From: Candidatus Omnitrophota bacterium
GTDB taxonomy: Bacteria; Omnitrophota; Gorgyraeia; 2-01-FULL-45-10
Reading direction: 5' to 3'
Assembly: GCA_041648975.1 (NCBI GenBank)
Contig: JBAZNZ010000002.1
Span: 8,222 to 72,221, forward strand
DNA: 64,000 bases
Every line of letters begins with the position of its first letter. Positions within the stretch are counted from its first letter, which is position 1. The position numbers and the translations under genes were made by a program. Below, piece after piece: positions 36,600 through 44,394 of this stretch. The notes under the pieces are model-generated. The model was not told where the DNA came from. It saw nothing but the letters and a program-made list of their open reading frames with translations, and ran no database searches.

Positions 36600-37358
36600 C
36601 TATCTTTCGGCGCTCTCCTTTTTCCTGTATTCCCTGTCCGCTTTCTCATAAGATTCGATATTCCCTATATCGTACCAATCTTCAAGAAATGTAAACCCGT
36701 AAACCCTGTCGACCTTGCTCATCCAGCTTATATAGTAACCGGGGGCGTCAAGCTTATTCTGCTGTTTTACATATTCTTCTATCAAGGACAATTTTTCTTT
36801 AGGAAAATAATATATTCCGCACGATATCAGGGTAGATTTCGGTTTCTCAGGTTTCTCTTCGAAGTCGACCACCTTTTCGTCAACGTCTATCTCGACAACG
36901 CCGAAGCTCCTGGCCGACTCAAACTTCTTTATGTCATGCAGAGCTACTGAAACGCCGTCTGCCCTCCCTTTGGCGAATTCGATAAATCTATCAAGGTCAA
37001 AATCGAACAGGTTGTCGCCCGCTATCACCAGGAGATCATCGTCTATCTTCTTTGACTTAATGGCAAATTCGAGGTCCTGCACGGCACCTAGTCTATTCTC
37101 GTTGGCCGTAGTCCCGTCGTTTAATAATTCGGTCTTTTTCCTGTGGAACGACGTCATAAGCCAGCCGTTGAAGCTGCCGTAGAACTTATCATTCGTAACT
37201 ATACATATCGAACTCGCGGCGTTCTTCATTGCCGCGATCTTATCCAATATCCTGTCGATCATCTTTTTCCCGCCGACGCTCAAGAGCGACTTCGAAGTAT
37301 TCAGGGTCATCGGATGAAGTCTGATAGCGTAACCGGCAGCCAGAATAACAACTTTCAT
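36600..37358 (-). CDS. Sugar-phosphate nucleotidyltransferase (NTP_transferase family)
   Basis: N-terminal VVILAAGYAIRLHPMT motif, a G-x-G-x-R-type variant of this family. 252 aa. Confidence 0.65.
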   Translation of the reverse strand: MKVVILAAGYAIRLHPMTLNTSKSLLSVGGKKMIDRILDKIAAMKNAASSICIVTNDKFYGSFNGWLMTSFHRKKTELLNDGTTANENRLGAVQDLEFAIKSKKIDDDLLVIAGDNLFDFDLDRFIEFAKGRADGVSVALHDIKKFESARSFGVVEIDVDEKVVDFEEKPEKPKSTLISCGIYYFPKEKLSLIEEYVKQQNKLDAPGYYISWMSKVDRVYGFTFLEDWYDIGNIESYEKADREYRKKESAER

Positions 37359-37384
37359 AACTTTTCCCTTTTTACTTTTGCCTT

Positions 37385-38455
37385 TTACCCTTTCTTTGAC
37401 AATTCTTTTTTAAGATACGTTATCCTGTCTACAGGTGTCGGGTCTGTCCTGTTCATTATGGCAAGATAGAAACTTGCAAAATCGCCCATATATATGAGCG
37501 AAAATATCCTCGCCAATAATCCGTCACCGGAAGAATGGACTTCCGTCGCTTCGATGCCTTCCGTCTTCAGCATCCTCTTGACGATATCCATCCTTAATCC
37601 TATGCGGGGACTATCCCCCTTATCTCTTAATAAAATGACAGCAAAACTTTTCAGTATACGTTCCGGATTTGCCCAGCCGACGATCTCATTATGGCACATC
37701 TCGGGAAAAGTATGGACGGATGAAACGGTTTTGGAATTTTCCGCAAGCTCGCCTCTCCATCTGGTAGCCGCGCAGTCTATATGTTCCTGGCCGGCATAGA
37801 TCACAGGGTATTTAAGGTATAATTTCCCGGCGATCTTCTTTGCCGGGTTAACGCTCTCAGGAACGGCATGGCCCAATCTCTCCTTCAGGCGGCTTAAGAC
37901 CTTTATCGTCTCAGAGATATCCTTTTCCTGGCTTCCCGCAAATCCTATTTTAGACAATAGGATAAGGAGAGGAAAGAACGAATAGCCTATAGCGCAGCGG
38001 GGCGGCAGCCCTCCGGGTATGATGACCGCGGGAAAACCGTCGGCTTCGGCCATCTTCTTTAGTTTCCCGCCGGAAGTTATGACTATGATATCGGCCTTTT
38101 TAGCCTTGGCGTCTTTATACGAGCTTATCGTCTCTTCGGTATTCCCTGAATAGCTTGAGGCTATAATCAAAGATCCTCTGCCCACAAAACCGGGCACGGT
38201 ATAGTTCCTGTTAACAAACAGAGGGGCCCTCGCCTTATCGAAGAGATATGATCTTGCGATATCCGCGCCGATGGCTGAACCGCCCATACCCGCGCATACT
38301 ATATTCTTATATCCGGATTTGAAACGCCGCGGCAGGTCGATCTTAGATCCTATACTACTGGCGACAAGGCACTGCTGAGGCAACAGCTCGATCGTCTCCA
38401 GCATACCTGCCCTGTCATATCTCGTAATATTTTTCGGATCGTCTAAGTTCATTCT
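37385..38455 (-). CDS. Bifunctional phosphoglucose/phosphomannose isomerase (SIS-domain, archaeal-type PGI/PMI)
   Basis: SIS motifs GMGGSAIG and IASSYSGNTEET. Start placed at the second Met (MNLDDPK) so that it does not overlap ptsI. The ORF track extends it to 38488. Confidence 0.65.
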   Translation of the reverse strand, partial: RMNLDDPKNITRYDRAGMLETIELLPQQCLVASSIGSKIDLPRRFKSGYKNIVCAGMGGSAIGADIARSYLFDKARAPLFVNRNYTVPGFVGRGSLIIASSYSGNTEETISSYKDAKAKKADIIVITSGGKLKKMAEADGFPAVIIPGGLPPRCAIGYSFFPLLILLSKIGFAGSQEKDISETIKVLSRLKERLGHAVPESVNPAKKIAGKLYLKYPVIYAGQEHIDCAATRWRGELAENSKTVSSVHTFPEMCHNEIVGWANPERILKSFAVILLRDKGDSPRIGLRMDIVKRMLKTEGIEATEVHSSGDGLLARIFSLIYMGDFASFYLAIMNRTDPTPVDRITYLKKELSKKG

Positions 38456-38456
38456 G

Positions 38457-40223
38457 CTATTCCACTTCGATCGCCAGGTCCGGAACAATCTCTTTCAATT
38501 TTTTCTTAGCGAACCTCTCCACCTCTTTCCCCGTGGAAAGGGTCATAGCCTCCTGAGCTATCTCTTTCGCCTGTCTGATAGTCACGGACCTTATAATACG
38601 TTTTATCTCCGGGATGGCTATAGGCGAGGTGCTGAATTCGTCAAGGCCCAGCCCAAGAAGCACTATGGTCATTACTATATCGCCGGCCATCTCTCCGCAC
38701 ATACCAACCCACACGCCCGCGTTATGGCCGTTCTCTATCACGTTCTTTATAAGCCTCAACACGGCAGGGTGGGCCGGCTCGTATAGATACGCTATCTTTT
38801 CGTTCACCCTGTCGACAGCAAGCGAATACTGTATAAGGTCGTTCGTACCTATCGAAAAGAAGTCTATCTCCCTGGCGAGTATATCGCTGGTAAGCGCCGC
38901 GGAAGGGACTTCGATCATAGCGCCTACCTCTATATCCTCATCGAATTCGACGGCCTCTTTTTTAAGATCCTTCTTAGCCTCTTCCAGGAGGGTGTTCGCC
39001 TGCCTCAGCTCTTCTACGCCGGATATCATAGGGTACATAACTTTAAGTTTTCCGAATGCCGAAGCCCTCAGGATTGCCCTGAGCTGCGCCTTAAATATAT
39101 CAGGCCTCGCGAGACAGAATCTTATAGCGCGCCATCCAAGAAAAGGGTTCATCTGCTGCGGGACATCGAGTTGAGAAAGGAACTTATCGCCTCCCAGGTC
39201 CAGCGTCCTGATTATGACAGAATTCGGCTTCATCTTCTTCGCGACGGATGAATACGCCTTGAACTGCTCCTCTTCGGTAGGAAGGTCCTTCCTGTTCATA
39301 TAGAAATATTCCGTCCTGTACAGGCCTATGCCGGTGGCCCCGTGCGCTATGACAGAGGCCACATCCTCCGGCACCTCTATGTTTGCCGACAGCTGTATGC
39401 TCTTGCCGTCGAGAGTAATGGAGGGCTGGTTCTTGAGCTCGAGCAGGTGTTTTTCAATGACCGCGAACCGTTCCTTATCCTGCTCATATTTTTTCAGCGT
39501 TTTAGCAGACGGATTTATTATGACAAAACCATGGGTGCCGTCTATTATCACTTCGTCGCCGTTCTCGACCTTCTTGGTCAGGGTCTCCAGGCCTACAACA
39601 GCGGGTATCTCCAAAGATTTCGCCATGATGGCCGTATGAGATGTCCTGCCGCCTATATCTGTCGCAAAAGCGGTGACATTCTTCTTATGCATTGTGGCGG
39701 TATCGGACGGCGAAAGGTCGTACGCTACGACCACGACCTTCTCTTTCAAGTTTGACAGTATGTCCTCTTTCGCTCCTATCAGATTTTTCAGGATCCTCCT
39801 ACCGACGTCGTTTATATCGCTTATACGTTCCTTTAGATATTCGTCATCCATCTCCGAGAATACCTTGATATATCTCTTCAGGACGTCCTGGAAGACGTAT
39901 TCGATCGAAAGCTTCTCCCTCTTAAGCCTCGACACCACCTCTTCTATCAACATGCTGTCGTCTATTACCAGGAGGTGCGCGCTGAATATCTGCGCGTGCT
40001 CTACGCCCATCTCCTCGGAAATGCGTTTCTTTATATCGATTATTTCGTTCTTGGTCTGGATGAGAGCGTCCTTGAAACGCTTTATCTCCGAAGGTATGTG
40101 CTCATCTTTTATATTACGCCTGGAGATAGTATACTGCTCTCTTCCGAAAAGGAACGCCTTGCCTATGGTTATACCCGGCGAAGCCGGTATTCCTTTCAGC
40201 GCTGTCTCTTTCTTCTTATTCAT
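38457..40223 (-). CDS. ptsI: Phosphoenolpyruvate-protein phosphotransferase (PTS Enzyme I)
   Basis: 588 aa. Phospho-histidine region GGRTSHTAIMA. PEP-utilising domain. Confidence 0.9.
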   Translation of the reverse strand: MNKKKETALKGIPASPGITIGKAFLFGREQYTISRRNIKDEHIPSEIKRFKDALIQTKNEIIDIKKRISEEMGVEHAQIFSAHLLVIDDSMLIEEVVSRLKREKLSIEYVFQDVLKRYIKVFSEMDDEYLKERISDINDVGRRILKNLIGAKEDILSNLKEKVVVVAYDLSPSDTATMHKKNVTAFATDIGGRTSHTAIMAKSLEIPAVVGLETLTKKVENGDEVIIDGTHGFVIINPSAKTLKKYEQDKERFAVIEKHLLELKNQPSITLDGKSIQLSANIEVPEDVASVIAHGATGIGLYRTEYFYMNRKDLPTEEEQFKAYSSVAKKMKPNSVIIRTLDLGGDKFLSQLDVPQQMNPFLGWRAIRFCLARPDIFKAQLRAILRASAFGKLKVMYPMISGVEELRQANTLLEEAKKDLKKEAVEFDEDIEVGAMIEVPSAALTSDILAREIDFFSIGTNDLIQYSLAVDRVNEKIAYLYEPAHPAVLRLIKNVIENGHNAGVWVGMCGEMAGDIVMTIVLLGLGLDEFSTSPIAIPEIKRIIRSVTIRQAKEIAQEAMTLSTGKEVERFAKKKLKEIVPDLAIEVE

Positions 40224-40244
40224 AATATTCCCTCATCCTGGACG

Positions 40245-40523
40245 CTATATGACAAAATCCTCAATATCGTCGCTTAACAATAACTTCTCGAGTTCCGCGA
40301 TCGCCCGCTCGGCGTCCTCGCCGTCCGCCGCTATCAATACTTTGACCCCGGCGCCGGCCTCGAGCATCATTATCCCCATTATGGACTTCCCGTTAACCTT
40401 CTGCTTTCCTTTGGATATGGTAATGTCGCAGTTGAATTTGTTGGCGATCTGCACAAATAGCGCGGCCGGCCTGGCGTGCAGGCCTTGTTTATTCCTTATC
40501 ATTATCGTCTTCTCAACAGTCAT
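40245..40523 (-). CDS. ptsH: Phosphocarrier protein HPr / NPr
   Basis: 92 aa. Active-site His in NKQGLHARPAA. Confidence 0.85.
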   Translation of the reverse strand: MTVEKTIMIRNKQGLHARPAALFVQIANKFNCDITISKGKQKVNGKSIMGIMMLEAGAGVKVLIAADGEDAERAIAELEKLLLSDDIEDFVI

Positions 40524-40528
40524 ACATT

Positions 40529-41773
40529 TTATCCTTTAGATTTCTTTAAACTCGTTACCAGGTCGATTATTATTTTTGCCAACCTGGCCGGGTCGTGCCT
40601 CACATAATCACTGCTGTTAACTATATGGGCTTCCACTACTTTGCATTTCATCTTCTTTAAATTATCGGAATCGGGAACGACCGGATATGACTCCTCCGCT
40701 TTATATTTTTCCGCCATCTCTTCCGGGATCTTCGCGGTATTTATAATGCAGTAATCGACGATGCCCGGAGCTCCGTGTTCCACCATGGCCTTGAGATGGT
40801 CACTCGCCTTGTAATCGTCCGTCTCGCCCTTTTGCGTCATCACATTGCAGACGTATACTTTTACCGCCCTGGACTCAAGTATCTCTTTGTAGATCCTGCC
40901 TACCAGCAGGTTCGGCATTATGCTTGTATACAGGCTCCCAGGCCCCAGCACAATGGTATCCGCTTTCCTGATGGCGTCTATAGCCTCATCGGTAGGCCTG
41001 CAATTTACAGGCCTTAAATGTATCTTTTTAATTGGGCTTCCGGCGGACGCAATACTGGTCTCGCCGATCGTCTGTCTACCGTCCAGGTGGTCCGCCACCA
41101 GAGTAACCTTATCCAGCGTAGAAGGCAGCACCCTTCCTCTTATTGCCAGGACCTTGCTGGATTCTTTGATAGCCGCGTCAAAATTTCCCGTAACTTTGGA
41201 TAGCGCCGTTATGAAAAGGTTCCCGAAACTATGCCCGCCGAGTTCGCCGCCTTCTTCGAACCGGAACTGGAAAAGCTTGCCCATCAACGGTTCCGCGTCG
41301 GCAAGCGCGACGAGGCAATTCCTTATGTCTCCCGGAGGCAGGACGTCGAATTCCTTCCTCAATCTACCCGACGATCCCCCATCATCGGATACGGTGACTA
41401 TGGCGGTAATGTTGCTGGTATATTCTTTCAATCCGTGCAGCAGCGTCGACAACCCCGTCCCGCCGCCTATTACGACTATCTTCGGCCCTTTTTCCAGGAT
41501 CCTTTTCTGGTATATCTTGTCGACAAGTTCATCGTTGCCCTGGGGCAGAAAAACCAGCACGAGAGATTTTATTATACGTTTTATTCCCGTGACTACAGCC
41601 AATATACCTATTATTATAATAATGCCCGCAAATGTCTTGTTCTTAGGGTGTTGCTCCAGCAGTACGGTAACAAATCCCATCGATATCATTATGATACCGA
41701 AGACGGTCAATGTGATCCACCGCTTGACCCACATGCCCGGATACAGCCACTTAAAAGCATTTAATATTTTCAC
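40529..41773 (-). CDS. yvcK: YvcK/CofD-like gluconeogenesis factor (UPF0052) with N-terminal TM segment
   Basis: VVIGGGTGLSTLLHGLK and VSDDGGSSGRLR motifs. Confidence 0.8.
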   Translation of the reverse strand: MKILNAFKWLYPGMWVKRWITLTVFGIIMISMGFVTVLLEQHPKNKTFAGIIIIIGILAVVTGIKRIIKSLVLVFLPQGNDELVDKIYQKRILEKGPKIVVIGGGTGLSTLLHGLKEYTSNITAIVTVSDDGGSSGRLRKEFDVLPPGDIRNCLVALADAEPLMGKLFQFRFEEGGELGGHSFGNLFITALSKVTGNFDAAIKESSKVLAIRGRVLPSTLDKVTLVADHLDGRQTIGETSIASAGSPIKKIHLRPVNCRPTDEAIDAIRKADTIVLGPGSLYTSIMPNLLVGRIYKEILESRAVKVYVCNVMTQKGETDDYKASDHLKAMVEHGAPGIVDYCIINTAKIPEEMAEKYKAEESYPVVPDSDNLKKMKCKVVEAHIVNSSDYVRHDPARLAKIIIDLVTSLKKSKG

Positions 41774-41823
41774 TATCTTCAGCGCCTTTTTAGAAAATTA
41801 AAAAAGGAGGATATTCTTCTTTT

Positions 41824-42288
41824 TTAATATTTTTTGGAGTCTTCTTCCTGAATTATGTGGAGTATCTCTTTTTCGTCCTTGGCCTTCTTGAGCATCTCCC
41901 TGAAAAATTTGTCTTTAAGCATCCTGGATATCCTGGCGAGTGCTTTCAGATGCGGGCCTGCAGACTCCTCGGGCGCTATGAGCAAAAAGAATATATAGAC
42001 AGGCTCCCCGTCTAGAGAGTCGAAGTTCACTCCCTTCTGGGACAGCCCAAATGCGGCTACCAGGTTCTTCACATTCTGGGATTTAGCGTGCGGTATACCG
42101 ATCCCCTGGCCGATACCCGTCGATCCCAGAGATTCCCTCATCATAAGGGCTTTTACAAGTTCCTCCTTGTTCTTTATCTCGTCTGCCTTAGCCAGAAGGT
42201 CTACCAGTTCCCTGATAACGCCTTCTTTATCCGTCGATTTCAGGCTTCCAGCGACGGCTTTCTTGTTCAAAAAATCCATTATCTTCAC
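41824..42288 (-). CDS. ptsN: PTS EIIA-Ntr (nitrogen-regulatory IIA, fructose/mannitol family)
   Basis: 154 aa. Active-site His in GIGQGIGIPHAK. Confidence 0.8.
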   Translation of the reverse strand: MKIMDFLNKKAVAGSLKSTDKEGVIRELVDLLAKADEIKNKEELVKALMMRESLGSTGIGQGIGIPHAKSQNVKNLVAAFGLSQKGVNFDSLDGEPVYIFFLLIAPEESAGPHLKALARISRMLKDKFFREMLKKAKDEKEILHIIQEEDSKKY

Positions 42289-42602
42289 CCCGCACCTTCC
42301 TTCCTTAAATTTAACGTTGTATTTTATAAAGAGATTTTTTTACAATACCTTTCCCGCACCAAAAGATATTAGAAGGTGCGGGGTTTATGTGGATGCTGCC
42401 TCCTATTTTATTCTAGCGTCAGATTTGCGTACAAATTTGATATTGAGGCAGCGCTAAGAAATGCGAACGAATAGTGAGCATTTTAGCTGCCGAAATATCT
42501 TACCCGTCACCCCCGCGCGTTGTTATAGGTCCTTCGTCGGACTACTATCTAACCGTATCCTCCTCAGGATCATTTTTTACCCGAGTTAGACTATTGTAAA
42601 AA

Positions 42603-42677
42603 ATGGAGCGGCGGATGGGTTTCGAACCCACGACATCGACCTTGGCAAGGTCGCATTCTACCACTGAATTACCGCCG
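42603..42677 (-). tRNA. tRNA-Gly (GCC)
   Basis: Reverse complement GCGGCGGTAATTCAGTGGTAGAATGCGACCTTGCCAAGGTCGATGTCGTGGGTTCGAAACCCATCCGCCGCTCCA. Cloverleaf with anticodon loop TTGCCAA. CCA is encoded. Confidence 0.9.
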
Positions 42678-42957
42678 CTTTTGCAAAGCAAAAGCGATGC
42701 TGAGCTAGCCATGAAGCGCGACGAACAGGAGCGCTTCAGGCGACGCGAAGCACCTATGCTTCGACTAAAATATAATTGCGCTAAAGTCTGACCGCTTGCC
42801 CGTGAACTGATCCTAGGTCCTTCGTTGGCCTACAGTTTGACTCCAGCCTCCTCAGGATCTTTCTCTTCATATTGTCTATAGGTATTTCAGCCGCTAAAAT
42901 CCTTCCTTTGGTCGGATTTCTTTACGCGGCTTCAATATCAAAATTGCTTCGCAATTT

Positions 42958-43033
42958 TGGTGCCCGCACCAAGAATCGAACTTGGAACCTTGACATTAAG
43001 AGTGTCCTGCTCTGCCAATTGAGCTATGCGGGC
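42958..43033 (-). tRNA. tRNA-Lys (CTT)
   Basis: Reverse complement GCCCGCATAGCTCAATTGGCAGAGCAGGACACTCTTAATGTCAAGGTTCCAAGTTCGATTCTTGGTGCGGGCACCA. Anticodon loop CTCTTAA. Confidence 0.85.
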
Positions 43034-43150
43034 AATCTCAGTCAGTTTTAGCGCAATAAATTGTTGAGCCTAAACCCGACCTTAAACTATTCATGGCGAA
43101 ATCCGCCGAAGCACCTTCTAGCTTGCGCCTTGATTGCGGAGGCGGAAGCT
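43034..43150. repeat. Partial tandem duplication of the tRNA-Lys upstream unit, ending in a copy of the first 12 nt of the tRNA
   Basis: The unit is homologous to the tRNA-Arg 120-bp repeat (ATTGTTGAGCCTAAACCCGACCTTAAACTATTCATGGCGAAATCCGCCGAAGC...). It ends GAAGCTATGCGGGCG, matching the tRNA-Lys 5' end AGCTATGCGGGC. Confidence 0.65.
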
Positions 43151-43523
43151 ATGCGGGCGTCGCGAAAACCGTCCTGCTATATCGCTCCTTAGAAGGAAAC
43201 CTAGGTTTCCTTCTAACGTCCCGCCAGGACTATAACTCTGGGCGGGACTGTTTTCCTTCCTCTAACTTTAACACCAAAAACAAAAAAAGCATGGAATAAA
43301 ATTCGCTATATCTAAAAATCCCTAGTTGCTTAGAGCGATAATTATATCAAAATCATAAATTAAATGCAATAAATTCTATTAGATATGGCAAAATACGTAA
43401 TTTAGCCAATTTTATTCTGACTATTTCATTCCACTCGAGCTGATATAGGTCCTTCGTCGAACCGCAGTCTAACTCAATCCTCCTCAGGATCAAATTTTAC
43501 CTGAGTGAGACTGCAGTAAAATT

Positions 43524-43608
43524 TGGTGCGGGCGAAGGGATTTGAACCCCCAAGCCTTGCGGCATACGGTCCTAAGCCGTACACGTCTGCCAATTCCGTC
43601 ACGCCCGC
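43524..43608 (-). tRNA. tRNA-Leu (TAG), long variable arm
   Basis: Reverse complement GCGGGCGTGACGGAATTGGCAGACGTGTACGGCTTAGGACCGTATGCCGCAAGGCTTGGGGGTTCAAATCCCTTCGCCCGCACCA. Anticodon loop CTTAGGA. Confidence 0.85.
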
Positions 43609-43929
43609 GTAAGTCCACTTAAGTCACATCGTCAGAGTTTAGGTATTTTGTGCATTGCGCTGTTGTATTCGCTTTGCGCAAGGCCAATTCCGCCACTTCT
43701 ATCTGACTGGATATCTCTTGCACTTCCAGCCTAAGTGACGGGCCACGTCCGCTGAAATTTATGTATAAATTTCATCCCGAGGCTGCGACAAATCGGAGCA
43801 GCCGAGGGAATACATCTTAAGTCAAATCGTCAAAGTATATTACAGTTTTTTATCTGTAGCCCCTCGCAGCTTGACTAAAATACATGCTGCTCGGGACAAA
43901 TTTCGCCTGAGTTAGGCTGCGGCAAAATT

Positions 43930-44006
43930 TGGCGCGCCCGGGGTGAATCGAACACCCAGCCTACTGGTTCGAAGCCAGCCACTCTATCCAATTGAGCTAC
44001 GGGCGC
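43930..44006 (-). tRNA. tRNA-Arg (TCG)
   Basis: Reverse complement GCGCCCGTAGCTCAATTGGATAGAGTGGCTGGCTTCGAACCAGTAGGCTGGGTGTTCGATTCACCCCGGGCGCGCCA. Anticodon loop CTTCGAA. Confidence 0.85.
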
Positions 44007-44246
44007 TTTTACTCAAATAAGCACAAAAATTGTTGAGCCTAAACCCGACCCTAAACTATTCATGGCGAAATCCGCCGAAGCTTCAACCGGTATCGCTGAT
44101 TCAGCGAAGGCGGAAGCTACGGGCGCTTTTACTCAAATAAGCGCAAAAATTGTTGAGCCTAAACCCGACCCTAAACTATTCATGGCGAAATCCGCCGAAG
44201 CTTCAACCGGTATCGCTGATTCAGCGAAGGCGGAAGCTGCGGGCGC
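44007..44246. repeat. Two tandem 120-bp copies of the tRNA-Arg upstream region, each ending with the first 12 nt of tRNA-Arg
   Basis: Period measured from AAACCCGACC at 44041 and again at 44161. Both units end GGCGGAAGCTACGGGCGC (unit 2 reads GCTGCGGGCGC). The tRNA 5' end is AGCTACGGGCGC. Confidence 0.8.
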
Positions 44247-44394
44247 TCTTTAAAAGGTCCGCCTCTTTCAACCTGCCGCCGCGCAGGCCGCTATTCGCGG
44301 CATTTACGATCGCCTCCACATCCTCATTCGTTATGTCGCCCTGTTTTATCGTAATCATCCGGCAAAAGGCGCCTTACGCCTGATATTCTACTCT

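Noticed and set aside
44062-44253. 63-aa ORF (MAKSAEASTGIADSAKAEA... repeated) and the similar 43093..43299 ORF
   Set aside because: They lie entirely inside the 120-bp tandem tRNA-upstream repeats. The internally repeated protein sequence is an artefact of translating the DNA repeat. No ribosome-binding site or coding-like composition.
42600-44260. Possibility that the repeated units near the tRNAs are a CRISPR array
   Set aside because: Units are 120 bp with no alternating unique spacers, they contain tRNA 5' fragments, and no cas genes are present.
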